Assembly (NCBI GenBank): GCA_937148845.1
Contig: CAKZRW010000067.1
Coordinates: 1 to 63,455, forward strand
Reading direction: 5' to 3'
DNA: 63,455 bases
From: an uncultured Actinomycetes bacterium
GTDB taxonomy: Bacteria > Actinomycetota > Thermoleophilia > RBG-16-64-13
The notes beneath the pieces are model-generated. The model saw only the letters and a list, made by a program, of their open reading frames with translations. It made no database searches and had not been told where the DNA came from. Positions within the stretch are counted from its first letter, which is position 1. Each line of letters begins with the position of its first letter. Of this stretch, positions 51,609 through 61,809 are shown in pieces. A program made the translations under genes and the position numbers.

Positions 51609-52706
51609 GTGGACTCATCGACAGTGGAGTCGTCGGTGGTGGGGCCATCGGCGGTGGAGCCAGCTGCAGTGAAACGAGCGACAGCAGAATCTTCGGTAGC
51701 ACGGCAGCCCGCTCCGGAGCAGTACGCGGCGGGGCAGCCAGAAACTGAGCCAGTCACAGGCCCAGTTTGGCTTGACCTTCCCATCAAGGAAATCATCGAG
51801 CGCTATCCAGAGGTGGGGAATGTCCTCAGCACGTTCGGGGTAGGCTGCGTCGACTGCACTGTGGGGTCCTGTCTCCTGCGCGACATTGTCTCCATTCATG
51901 ATCTTTCGACTGAGGACGAAGAGGCGCTCCTCGAGCGCCTGTCGGTCATCCTCTCCCCTGGCCGACCGCTTCGTATAACGTCTTCGGCAAGGACCGGCGA
52001 ACCGGGAGCCGCCGTCCGCCCGAAACAGAGCGGAGGCCAGGCTGCGACCCCAAGCTACTCACCACCTGTCAGGCAGCTGGTCCAGGAACACGTGCTCATC
52101 ATGCGCTGGGTGAACCTGGTGCCGCGCCTGCTGCGGGTGATAGACCTCGCCGAGTGCGAGCACCGTGGTTGGATCCGGCAAGGCATCGACTTCATCCGTT
52201 CCTACGCCGACCACTTCCACCATGCCAAGGAGGAAGACATCCTTTTCAATTACTTCGATGAGGGCAAGGACATCATCCAGGTGATGTTGAGCGAGCACGA
52301 GACGGCGCGGGCACACGTGCGAGCAGCAGAAGCCGCCCTGACCGCTGGTGATCTGCAAGGGGTCACCGACCATCTCCAGGCCTACGCGGAGCTGCTCGCT
52401 GAACACATCAGCAAAGAGGACGACATCCTCTACCCGTGGATGGACCGGCAGCTGAGCACGGGCCAAGTAGGTGAGATGTTCAGGCGATTCGCGGAGGTGG
52501 ATAGTACGGCAGACGCAGGCACAACCCACACGGTCGGATTGCAAGGCGTGTCCGTCCGTCAAGACGCAGCCGACTCTCCAGAGGCGGCACCGTCCCACGA
52601 GGGCCAGGGGCTTCCCGGGAGTCGGTTCACGCAACGATGTACCCAGTTGATCGCAGACATCGAAGAGTTCGTTGCTCGACGTGAAGAAAGCGAAGGTGGA
52701 GTATGA
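51609..52706 (+). CDS. Hemerythrin-domain protein with N-terminal CxxC (DUF1858-like) domain
   Basis: IKEIIERYPEV...GCVDC; LVQEH, HHAKEEDILF, EHE, HISKEDDILYP; start uncertain; TATAAT at 51509. Confidence 0.8.
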   Translation: MDSSTVESSVVGPSAVEPAAVKRATAESSVARQPAPEQYAAGQPETEPVTGPVWLDLPIKEIIERYPEVGNVLSTFGVGCVDCTVGSCLLRDIVSIHDLSTEDEEALLERLSVILSPGRPLRITSSARTGEPGAAVRPKQSGGQAATPSYSPPVRQLVQEHVLIMRWVNLVPRLLRVIDLAECEHRGWIRQGIDFIRSYADHFHHAKEEDILFNYFDEGKDIIQVMLSEHETARAHVRAAEAALTAGDLQGVTDHLQAYAELLAEHISKEDDILYPWMDRQLSTGQVGEMFRRFAEVDSTADAGTTHTVGLQGVSVRQDAADSPEAAPSHEGQGLPGSRFTQRCTQLIADIEEFVARREESEGGV

Positions 52707-53176
52707 GCCCTTTCGAAGGTTGCCCAGGTTCCCGGATCATGGACTTACGCAAACCAGAGACTACGGAGGAGTACGCCACGGGAGCGGTGACGCCTTCGCA
52801 GCTCAGACAGTGGCCCATCCAGCTGCACTTGGTGTCACCGGCCGCTCCCTACTTCCAGGGAGCCGACGTCCTGCTTGCGGCCGACTGCACCGCATTCGCG
52901 GTGGGCGGCTTCCACAATGACTTCCTCAAGGGCAAGTCGCTAGCTATCGCCTGCCCCAAACTGGACGAAGGGCAGGAAGAGTACGTGGAGAAGATCCGCG
53001 ACCTGATCGACGAGGCCAAGATCAACACTCTCACCACCGTGATCATGCAGGTGCCCTGTTGCCGGGGCCTGGTGGCCCTCGCCGAGGAAGCCGCCTCGCG
53101 CTCCTCGCGCAAAGTGCCCATCAAGGCCGTGGTGGTAAGTCTGCAGGGAGACGTCCTCTCCGAGGATTGGTTGTAG
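52703..53176 (+). CDS. Cys-rich putative Fe-S/metal-binding protein (C-terminal domain of hcp-associated ferredoxin-like family)
   Basis: GCPGS, LRQWPIQLHLV, AADC, IACPKLD, MQVPCC. Confidence 0.78.
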   Translation: MSPFEGCPGSRIMDLRKPETTEEYATGAVTPSQLRQWPIQLHLVSPAAPYFQGADVLLAADCTAFAVGGFHNDFLKGKSLAIACPKLDEGQEEYVEKIRDLIDEAKINTLTTVIMQVPCCRGLVALAEEAASRSSRKVPIKAVVVSLQGDVLSEDWL

Positions 53177-53202
53177 ACCCATCTCCTCTTCTCCCCACCC
53201 CC

Positions 53203-53231
53203 GGGGCCGTCCGCAAGGGCGGCCCCCTTTC
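53203..53231 (+). terminator. Intrinsic terminator-like hairpin between convergent genes
   Basis: GGGGCCGTCC-GCAA-GGGCGGCCCC followed by CTTTC. Confidence 0.65.
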
Positions 53232-53259
53232 TTGGGCGGCAGGTCAGGTAGCCTTCCGG

Positions 53260-54117
53260 CTACCCCTCCGGTTCGAACCGGCGCTCAGCCAGTGCCTGCA
53301 CCCAGCGCAGACCCACCGGAGTGGCTATGCCTGGCAATCTCGCCAGAGCCGCCTCCCGGAGATCGACCGACATGGTCCAGGCCTTCGGCTGGTCGGCCGC
53401 CCAGGCCACCAGGCGCACGGTCACCCCGCGGTCGTCGGCATCGATGACCTGCACGACGGGTTCCGGCTCCGGGATGAACAGCGGATGGGCCCGCGCCAGC
53501 TCCAGAAGGAGCTGGCGCACCGCCTCGATTTCAGACCCGTACTCCAAGCGCAGGGCCACCAGCGCGGGCATCCGGGGATCAACCACACTGTAATTGCGGA
53601 TGGTGCGGTCAGAGAGCACCTTGTTGGGGATCACCAAGCGCCGGTTGTCCCACACGCGGATACGGGTGTAGAAGAGGCCGATAGACTCCACCGTTCCGAA
53701 CTCGTCCTCGATGAGCACATGATCGCCAAGACGGATGGGCTGGGCGAAGGCGATGATGACCCCTGAGACCAGGTTGGCGATGGTGGTCTGCGCGGCGAAG
53801 GCGACAGCGATGCCCACCACGCCGCCGGTGGCGAACATGGCCGTCGCCAGTTGGTTCAGCCGGGTGGACTTGATGAGCCAGAAGATCACCCCCAGAGCCA
53901 CGAAAAAGAGCACCACCGCCGACAACCTCTGGATCATGCGGAAGCGGGTGTAGGCGCCAGGATCGGTCTCGGCGAGATTCCGGCTCTTGGAGAAGCGGTT
54001 GATGGCGCGCTTGACGAGCTTGTACACAAGCCAGGCGCCCGCCAGCACGACCACTACCACGATGGCGTCGAAGAAGTAATCTTTGTTCTGTTGCCAGAAG
54101 CTCATGCTCGCACCCAC
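53260..54117 (-). CDS. MscS-family mechanosensitive channel
   Basis: 3 TM helices, AFAAQTTIANLVSG, PIRLGD, GTVESIGLFYT, IPN. Confidence 0.92.
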   Translation of the reverse strand: MGASMSFWQQNKDYFFDAIVVVVVLAGAWLVYKLVKRAINRFSKSRNLAETDPGAYTRFRMIQRLSAVVLFFVALGVIFWLIKSTRLNQLATAMFATGGVVGIAVAFAAQTTIANLVSGVIIAFAQPIRLGDHVLIEDEFGTVESIGLFYTRIRVWDNRRLVIPNKVLSDRTIRNYSVVDPRMPALVALRLEYGSEIEAVRQLLLELARAHPLFIPEPEPVVQVIDADDRGVTVRLVAWAADQPKAWTMSVDLREAALARLPGIATPVGLRWVQALAERRFEPEG

Positions 54118-54313
54118 ATGCCCACTCAGGCCGAACAGCGACCCCGAACCGGTTGCGCCCCTCAGAAGCTTGGCTCAACTATAGCGCGCCGAGCCCTCGC
54201 GAGGACAGGCGAGGCAGACGGCCACAGGCCGAGCCAGCCTACAGGCGTAGCTCGGGAGTCCCGTGGGAACTTAGACTGGAGGTGGTGTTCGTCGCCGCCG
54301 ACGTAGGGAGGAC

Positions 54314-55090
54314 ATGGCTATGACCGACGAAGACCCTAGACCACAAGACGCCCGCCCTGCCGAAGACAGTCTGGCCGAATACCGGCGCAAGCGCGACTTC
54401 ACCCGCACGCCGGAGCCGGCAGCCGCCGCGCCGGCGCCGACCGCTCGGGCGCTAGGCTCGGCGGCTGCGACGCCCGCGGCCAGCGCGCCAAGCCTGGACG
54501 CTACCGACGGCGCGCGGGGCCGCATCTACGTCATCCACAAGCATGATGCGTCCCAGCTCCACTACGACTTGAGGCTCGAGCTTGGCGGGACGCTCAGATC
54601 GTGGGCCGTTCCCAAAGGGCCGTCTCTCGACCCAAGCGAGCGGCGATTAGCTGTGCAAGTGGAAGACCACCCCCTCGAATACGCCTCTTTCGAAGGGACC
54701 ATCCCCGAGGGCGAGTACGGGGCGGGGACCGTCATGGTCTGGGATATGGGCTGGTGGGAGCCCGATGAGGCCTGGATGAAAGAGTCCAAGGGCCACCAGG
54801 TCCTTGCGCCCGAGGAGGCTCTAGCCAAGGGGGACCTCAAGTTCATCTTGCACGGGCAGAAGCTGCAGGGAAGTTGGGCTCTCGTGCAGATGAAAGGCCG
54901 CGGAGCCAAGAACTGGTTGCTCATCAAGCACAAAGACGGGTACGCCCAGTCGGGAGTTGACATCACCGCGGCAGCCCCTGACTCCGCACTCAGCGGGCGC
55001 AGCCTGCAAGAGATAGCTGCCGGCGCGCCCCCGCGACCCCGGCAGGATGAAGCGGCGGTGGGGGGAGGGCCCGATTCCAGTGGTCCGTGA
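54314..55090 (+). CDS. Stand-alone LigD 3'-phosphoesterase module
   Basis: YRRKRDFTRTPEP, VIHKHDASQLHYDLRLE, SWAVPKGPS, VEDHPLEY, GEYGAG.V.VWD. Confidence 0.92.
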   Translation: MAMTDEDPRPQDARPAEDSLAEYRRKRDFTRTPEPAAAAPAPTARALGSAAATPAASAPSLDATDGARGRIYVIHKHDASQLHYDLRLELGGTLRSWAVPKGPSLDPSERRLAVQVEDHPLEYASFEGTIPEGEYGAGTVMVWDMGWWEPDEAWMKESKGHQVLAPEEALAKGDLKFILHGQKLQGSWALVQMKGRGAKNWLLIKHKDGYAQSGVDITAAAPDSALSGRSLQEIAAGAPPRPRQDEAAVGGGPDSSGP

Positions 55091-56063
55091 ATCCCCGCAG
55101 GTACGTGCCTCGAGTCAGGTCTTCCGCCTAGGCGAGAAGGAGGTGCGACTCACCCACCTGGACCGCCTCTACTATCCGCAGGCCGGCTTGACAAAAGGTG
55201 ACCTGCTTAACTACTACCTGACGGTTTCTCCCTATCTGCTCCCTCATCTGCGCCGGCGGCCTCTTACCCTCGAGCGCTGGCCTGAAGGTGTGGAGGACGG
55301 CTCTTTCTTCCAGAAGGACGCTTCTCCCTACTTTCCGCCTTGGTTGCGCACTTTTCCCGTGGAGCGCAAAGACCGCCAGAAGATCGTCCATTATCCGCTG
55401 GTGGACGACGCCGCTGACCTCCTTTATCTCGTGAACCTGGGGACTCTCACCTTTCACACCCAGATGGCCCGCATCGACGACCCCGAGCATCCGGATATCA
55501 TGGTGCTCGACATCGACCCCCCCGAACTCCCGGCCGGGAGCGCGGCCCTTTCCGGCGCGTCCTTTGGCGACTCCGTTCCTACTTCTTTCCAGCGGGCTGC
55601 CGAGGTCGCCTTTCTCCTGCGCGACGCCTTAAGGGAGGCAGGCTTCGACCCCTTGGTGAAGACCTCGGGCAAGCGCGGCGTGCACTTGGCCTTCCCCCTG
55701 ACTGGAGACCTCGACTACAGTCAAGCCCGAGCCCAGCTCAAGGAGCTGTTCGCCGGCCTCGTCAAGAAGCATCCCCGCCTGCTCACCACCGACATCCGCA
55801 AAGCCAAGCGGGGCGGACGCGTCTACCTGGACGCGCTGCGCATGTCCCCGGGGGCGACCATCGTCCCTCCGTACGTGACCCGTCCCACCCCCGAAGCGAC
55901 CGTGTCCACTCCCGTTACGTGGGAAGAGCTTGCCCACGTGCAGGATGGGCTCGCTTTCACCGTGCTCACCGTGCCTGCCCGGCTCACCCAGACCGGCGAC
56001 TTGTGGGCACCGCTCGCCGGAAGAGCGGATGGGATCGTATCCGCCGCCACTTTAGGTTCGTAG
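55047..56063 (+). CDS. Stand-alone LigD polymerase (AEP primase-polymerase) module
   Basis: LTHLDRLYYP..TKGDL, RWPEG, FFQKD, LDIDP, KTSGKRGVH, VYLD, VSTPVTWEEL; start uncertain. Confidence 0.9.
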   Translation: MKRRWGEGPIPVVRESPQVRASSQVFRLGEKEVRLTHLDRLYYPQAGLTKGDLLNYYLTVSPYLLPHLRRRPLTLERWPEGVEDGSFFQKDASPYFPPWLRTFPVERKDRQKIVHYPLVDDAADLLYLVNLGTLTFHTQMARIDDPEHPDIMVLDIDPPELPAGSAALSGASFGDSVPTSFQRAAEVAFLLRDALREAGFDPLVKTSGKRGVHLAFPLTGDLDYSQARAQLKELFAGLVKKHPRLLTTDIRKAKRGGRVYLDALRMSPGATIVPPYVTRPTPEATVSTPVTWEELAHVQDGLAFTVLTVPARLTQTGDLWAPLAGRADGIVSAATLGS

Positions 56064-56077
56064 ACCAAGGAGGCATC

Positions 56078-57076
56078 ATGATCATCCTGGTATCGGGCGC
56101 CACTGGCTTCGTGGGAGGAGCTATCACCCGGCACCTGCTGGATGCCGGACACCAGGTCCGTGCCCTCACCCGTTCGACCGCCAGAGCCCTCAAACTGTAC
56201 GCCTCGCACGAGGTCGGCCGTCGCGCTTTGGCCGAGAACCGGCTGACCTTCACCAGCGGCGACGTGACCAGACCCGACACCTTGCGGGAAGCCGTGCGCG
56301 GAGTGGACGTGGTCATCCAGGCGGCGCAATTCACCGGGGCCCCCGTGGAGAATCCCGCCCACGGTCTCACCTACATGGCCGTAGACCGCGACGGCACGCT
56401 CAATCTTCTGAGTGCCCTCGCCCAGGTGTATCAGCGACCGACCGCTGACCCCGCGCTCGCTCGCTACCCAGAAGGCGCTCCGCCCTTCCTCTATATGAGC
56501 GGCATCTCGGTAGCACCAGACAGTCCTTTCACGTGGGACCAGGCCAAGTGGCAGGCGGAAGAAGCCATCCGCGGCAGTGGCTTGGACTGGACCATCGTGC
56601 GCTCCTGCTGGGCCTACGGACCCGAGGATAAGGCTTTGAACCGCCTCCTCGGCTATTCAGATCATCTGCCCTTGGTGCCAGTGTTCGGCAACGGCAAGCA
56701 GCCTTTGACCCCGGTGTTCGTCGAGGACATCGGCCGCTTCTTCCGGCTGCTTGTCGACCATCCGGAACGGGCCAGAGACACCACCTTCCGATTCGGGGGT
56801 CCTGACCTGGTCAGGCTCGATCAGTTCCTGGAGCTGGCCCTCCAGGCCATGGGGCGGCGGCGGTTGATCCTACACATACCCAGATCGGTGGGCAAGCTAC
56901 AGGGAGCTATCCTTCAGTTCCTCCCCAGTCGGCCTCTGACTCCGACCGCGGTCGATTTCGTGGCGCAAGCCGGAGCCATCAGCGAGGCCGACCGCGCCTT
57001 CCTGGCCGAGCGCTTCCCCGAGTTCCGAGCCACGCCGCTCCGGGAAGGGCTGGCCTATCTGCGGAAGCGAGGCTAG
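56078..57076 (+). CDS. NAD(P)-binding atypical SDR / epimerase family protein
   Basis: ILVSGATGFVG, GDVT, AKWQAEEAIRGSGLDWTIVR, PVFVED; AAGGAGG RBS before ATG 56078. Confidence 0.88.
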   Translation: MIILVSGATGFVGGAITRHLLDAGHQVRALTRSTARALKLYASHEVGRRALAENRLTFTSGDVTRPDTLREAVRGVDVVIQAAQFTGAPVENPAHGLTYMAVDRDGTLNLLSALAQVYQRPTADPALARYPEGAPPFLYMSGISVAPDSPFTWDQAKWQAEEAIRGSGLDWTIVRSCWAYGPEDKALNRLLGYSDHLPLVPVFGNGKQPLTPVFVEDIGRFFRLLVDHPERARDTTFRFGGPDLVRLDQFLELALQAMGRRRLILHIPRSVGKLQGAILQFLPSRPLTPTAVDFVAQAGAISEADRAFLAERFPEFRATPLREGLAYLRKRG

Positions 57077-57241
57077 CCAAAGGGCAAGCTGTCCCCCCTG
57101 CAGCGAGTGTCAACAACCCCGGTGGCACGGTTCCCCGCTGCTGTGCCTCACTAGCGGCGAGTGGCGACAGCACGAGTCGCCAGAGTCGCCAACACCAGGT
57201 CCGACGCACAAACCTCGGGACATCCCGGCCCGACGAAGCCC

Positions 57242-57272
57242 AAAAAGGGCCGCCCCGGAGGGCGGCCCTTCT
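57242..57272 (-). terminator. Intrinsic terminator of the adhesin-like gene
   Basis: AAGGGCCGCC-N6-GGCGGCCCTT stem followed by a U-run on the minus strand. Confidence 0.75.
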
Positions 57273-57297
57273 CCAACGTGAGTAGCGATCCGATCAC

Positions 57298-60200
57298 CTA
57301 CTTCAGACCAATGTTCACCTGTGGCTGCTGCCCGGAGTCCAACGTGACTCTGATGAAGTAATTACCTTTCGGGAACCCTTTCGTCGACAAGTTGAAAATG
57401 TACTGCTGCGAAATAGGGTCGTAGCGGAACAAGATCCCTGTGTTAGCCTGTGACGCTACCGTCATCTCCTCTTCGCCGGACGGCACCACGGCCGAATACT
57501 TCCAGAAACTAATGGTGGCCACCGCAAAATCGATTGGTGTCCCAAATGCGTCGAACACCTGGAACTTCACGGGGATGGTGCTACCCGCCTTGAACACGCT
57601 CACCGGAATGCCGTGACCAGGCGTGTTGATCGGCGGCAGGAAGAAGCTATCAGACATGCCGTACAAGATGCGGGCGGTGGTGGCGGTCACCGTGCTGATC
57701 TCGTAGTTACCGGCATCCGCGCCGCCCAAGACGAAGTCACTGGGCTCGGCGGTGACGGTCCAGGTGCCCACGTTCTTGCTGGCGAAGGTGCCCTTGGCTC
57801 CCGCCGCCACCTCCACGGTCACCTCCTCGGCATCCACGATGCCAGCGGTGATGCTGGGGCTGTGGATGACCGCCTCGGTGGTGCCGTCGTAGACCTTGTC
57901 CTCAGCCACGAAGGCCACGGTGAGCGGGGCCGGGGTGATGTCAGCCTGGGTGGCGGTCACCGTGCTGATCTCGTAGTTACCGGCATCCGCGCCGCCCAAG
58001 ACGAAGTCACTGGGCTCGGCGGTGACGGTCCAGGTGCCCACGTTCTTGCTGGCGAAGGTGCCCTTGGCTCCCGCCGCCACCTCCACGGTCACCTCCTCGG
58101 CATCCACGATGCCAGCGGTGATGCTGGGGCTGTGGATGACCGCCTCGGTGGTGCCGTCGTAGACCTTGTCCTCAGCCACGAAGGCCACGGTGAGCGGGGC
58201 CGGGGTGATGTCAGCGGTCAGACCGCTAGGCTGAGTCAGCGTGTACATGCCGGCGTTCGCCCCCGCCAGCTTGACTCCGCTCACGGTCACCGGCTTGTCG
58301 CTGCCCACGTCTTTCGTATCAAAAGAAGCGGAATAGGTGGATGCGTCGATCGTGACATCATGGCCTGAGACTACGCCCACCAGGGTCGCACCGCTGAAGT
58401 CCACAGTGGCTGCAGTAGTGCCGTCATAGACCTTGTCTTGGGCCACCGCTCCGGTGATGGTGACATTGATCCGGTAGATGGTAGCGGTCGTCGTGACGGG
58501 CAACACGAGGGAGTAGTTGTCTCTGTCCGTACCGGACAGCGCGGCACCGTTCAGGGTGACGGTCCATGTCCCCGGATCGGCACTGGCGAAGGTAGCGTTG
58601 CCCCCGCCGAGGTTGACCACATCGCCCGGAATCAATCCGATGAGGCCACGATCAACGATGGTAGCGCTGGTGGTGCCGTCATACGGCTTGTCCGCCGCTG
58701 TGAACCACCCGGTGACTGGTTTCGGCGTGATAGTCCCGGTGGCTGTGTTCAAGGACACCGCGTAGTTATTCCCTGAGGCCCCGTCGTTGACCGTGTAGCC
58801 CGTGACCACCAGGGTGCTGCCGTTCGGGCCAAGCACGTCCTTCGACTGGAAAGCCTGGCTCAGGCCAGTCACTGAGTCGCTGCCCTTCAGCCCGCTGACA
58901 ATCGGGACAGCCGAGGAATCAGTAGTCCCATCGTACACCTTGGTGTCGCTCGTGGCGGATACGGTCAGAGGCGCCCTGGTTATGGTGAAGTTGGCCGTGC
59001 TGCCTATGGCGAACTGATAGTTGGGAGCGCTCAGGCCGCTCACGTCGGTGACACTGATAGTGTAGGGACTACCGGCGACCGCCTCCCCGGGACCGCGGCT
59101 GATAGATGCCGTGCCAGTGATATTCGAATTCGTCGCGTGGTCGTCGAACTTGAACCGCTGAATGTGTAGGTGAGCGTGGGATCGGGATCACCGTAGGTCT
59201 TGGATTGGGCGGTGGCGTTCACGCTCAGCGTGGCCTTTGTGATGGTGAGATCGGCACCAGTGTAGCTGATTGTGTAGTAAGGCCTCAAGGACAGCGTGCC
59301 CTGGTTGATCGGGTAGACTCCCGCGGCCTCTCCGGCCACCCGGCTCAACGCGCCACTGAAGCTGTCCCCGCTCTGCAGAGCCCCGGTATACGTGTAGGTG
59401 AAGGCCGGGTCATCGGCACCGTAGACCTTGGTCTTGGCGTGGGCGGTCACCGTGATGGGTATAGAGCCCCTCAGGCCGAAATTCCGCGTGTAGTCGGTGT
59501 TTCCCGACTGCTGGAAGTAGTATCCCCACTGGAACAGCGACGAATCGTAAGCACAGTCAGCCCGCCCGCTTGTGGCGTTAATCGGAAGAGTCTGCGTGAA
59601 CGCACTCGGGTCTACCAAAGGCTTGACAATCGCGACGATCACCCGGTCGTTGTTACCAGCAACGTTGTTCCCGGTGTCGTAGAAGCCGCTGGTGTTGGTC
59701 GTCCCGCTCCAGCGGAGGGAATCGCTAGCGTCCAAGGTGCCGATGGACCCGCTATCCAGGTAGACCCTCACGCCGATGCCAGATATGCCCACCTCGCCGG
59801 GGTCCTGGGTCCCGTCACCGTCAGCGTCGTGGAACACAGTACCCGTGTATCTCCGGGTGTCGGTGAACGTCGTCCTCGCCACCCGGCCGGTCTCGTTTCC
59901 TGTGGCTACCACGTCGTAGTCGGAGATGAAGTAGTAGGCGATCCACAGCTCTACGCTGATCGTCCCGTCCTCCTGAACCTCGGCGTCGGTCTCGTACGAC
60001 CAGGTCATGCCAAGGGTGTCGTTCACCACCACGTGCACGGTGGTGTCGCCCTGCCAGTTCTCACCGGTGAGGGTGACTCTACCCCCCGGAGGGTAGTCGG
60101 GCTGGTCGCTGACAATAGTCGGTACGGGAGACTCCGTGGTAGCCAGGGAAGTCTCCGGTCCTGTCGCGCTAGTCCCCTCCGTAGCTGACGTGTCAGGGGA

Positions 60201-60319
60201 GTTCTCTTCGAAAAGAGCCGCGCTGACTGGAGCTGTCAGCAGTAACATGAGAGCAAGCACCCCTAAGAACAGAATAAGAAGCGTTTAGTACCTCCAAAGC
60301 CCCTAGTCCTCGTTGTCAC
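57298..60319 (-). pseudogene. Large secreted adhesin-like protein (SdrD-B-like, MBG and YDG-type repeats, C-terminal PxKF domain) broken by two 1-nt frameshifts
   Basis: ORFs 59040-60260 and 57298-59043 join if one base is added near 59155; signal peptide MTTRTRGFGGTK-TLLILFLGVLALMLLLTAPVSA restored by one base near 60285; VFHDADGDG, KVYGADDP, KVYDGTT repeats, AGSTIPVKF. Confidence 0.8.
57679..58215. repeat. Near-perfect intragenic tandem duplication, 270-bp period (90 aa)
   Basis: 57679-57945 and 57949-58215 read identical; translation repeats ADITPAPLTVAFVAEDKVYDGTT...YEISTVTAT. Confidence 0.93.
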
Positions 60320-60402
60320 CCTCCTCAGTGGGAACCAGGCCCCGATACGATTGGGCACCCTGCGCGTGGCCACACACGCATACAGGGGCGGCCGGATGCC
60401 GT

Positions 60403-60498
60403 AACCCCGGCAGCCCGGCCACCCCTGTCATAGTGAACCCGACCTGGGTCCGTGACTTTGCGTCCCCGCCTTGCGGCGGGTTTGCCCTTTTCGTGGGT
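60403..60498 (-). ncRNA. Cyclic-di-GMP-I (GEMM) riboswitch
   Basis: Minus strand AAAAGGGCAAACCCGCC-GCAA-GGCGGGGACGCAAAGTCACGGACCC...GTGGCCGGGCTGCCG fits GEMM P2 (GNRA loop, GACGCAAAG) and P3/P1; lies in the 5' leader of the adhesin gene. Confidence 0.88.
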
Positions 60499-60705
60499 CG
60501 CGGTCCGGCCCCTTGTGTTACGTCAGGGCCGACCTGAGTCGGATTCTACCTTGCCCCGAGTCTCGTGTCCCTAGACCAAAGTCTAGTTTTTCTCAGACGC
60601 AAACCACCAATACCGCAGTGGAGCGCTCGGACTCGGAAGAAAAGCTTCTGGGCGATCCGGCCGGTGTCCGGGCGAACCTCGGTGTTCTACGACCCAGGTG
60701 GTTCC

Positions 60706-61734
60706 TCAAGCCCCCACGTACTTCGCATAGAGCGCTCGAGCCAGCTTCTGGTCGCGGGTTCCGCGCACGATGGTGCGACCATCGTAGAAGACCACGAGCT
60801 CCTGCTCTCCCACGGGGAAACGCAGCATGTGCTCGCTCCCCTCTACCGGCCCCAAGGCACTTAATCGCTGCCGCAGTTCAGCGAGGGACATGGGGCCAGT
60901 CGCCATGTTCCATATCTGCACGGCATTCTGGCCGCAGAGGCTGGTGACCCGCGTGCGCGGCACGCCTTCGAGGAACTCATACTTGCCGGCGCAGGCGGGA
61001 CAGTCGGCCCAGGCGAAACTGCTGAGCGGCATGACCTCGAACGAGCGGCGCCACAGATCGATGAGCACCAGTTCTCGACTGACGGGGGCCTTGTCAGGGT
61101 CGGCGATGAGGATCTTGAGAGCTTCAGCCGCCTCTAAAGAGCCGATGACCCACGGGGCGGCATTCACCACCCCTGCGGTGTCGCAAGTGAGAGTACCGCC
61201 GCTGGGTGGCCCGCTCACCAGGCAGCGGAAGCAAGGCCGCTCGCCGGGCAGGAAAGTAGCGGTCATCCCTGTGGAGCCGATTGCGCCGCCATAGACCCAA
61301 GGGATGCCTTTCTTGAGGGCCACATCGTTGATAAGAAAGCGTGCCTCGAAGTTATCCAGACCATCAACGATGACGTCGGCCCCTTCCACCAGTTCCTCGG
61401 CGTTCGCGGGGCTGAAGTCGGCCACCACTCCTTCCACCTCGACCGCCGAGTTAGCCTCGCGCAGGTGGCGTGCGGCCGCCTCAGCCTTGGGAAGGTTCTC
61501 CTCGATGTCGCGCTCGGTGAAGATGACTTGTCGTTGCAGGTTGTGGTATTCGATGAAGTCACGGTCGATGATGCGCACCCGTCCCACTCCGGCCCGCACC
61601 AGAGCCGCGGCGATGACCGTCCCCAAGGCGCCGCAGCCCACCACTACAGCGAACCCTTCCCCCAGCCGCCGCTGCCCTTCACGACCGATGCCGGGGAAGA
61701 TGGTCTGCCGCGAGTAACGGTCGATCTCTTCCAC
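60706..61734 (-). CDS. ThiF/MoeB-family adenylyltransferase
   Basis: RYSRQ, VVGCGALG, IDRD..E.HNLQRQ, DGLDN, PCFRC, TCDTAGV, CPAC. Confidence 0.92.
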   Translation of the reverse strand: MEEIDRYSRQTIFPGIGREGQRRLGEGFAVVVGCGALGTVIAAALVRAGVGRVRIIDRDFIEYHNLQRQVIFTERDIEENLPKAEAAARHLREANSAVEVEGVVADFSPANAEELVEGADVIVDGLDNFEARFLINDVALKKGIPWVYGGAIGSTGMTATFLPGERPCFRCLVSGPPSGGTLTCDTAGVVNAAPWVIGSLEAAEALKILIADPDKAPVSRELVLIDLWRRSFEVMPLSSFAWADCPACAGKYEFLEGVPRTRVTSLCGQNAVQIWNMATGPMSLAELRQRLSALGPVEGSEHMLRFPVGEQELVVFYDGRTIVRGTRDQKLARALYAKYVGA

Positions 61735-61760
61735 GCACCCCCTCCTCGGATCGTCGGGCG

Positions 61761-61786
61761 GGGCGGCGCCGCCAGCGGCGCCGCCC
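61761..61786. other. Perfect 12-bp inverted repeat between cysK and the moeB/thiF gene
   Basis: GGGCGGCGCCGC-CA-GCGGCGCCGCCC; no U-tract, so more likely an mRNA-stabilising or pausing hairpin. Confidence 0.5.
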
Positions 61787-61809
61787 GTGCGCCCCGCACC
61801 TAGGCCGAA

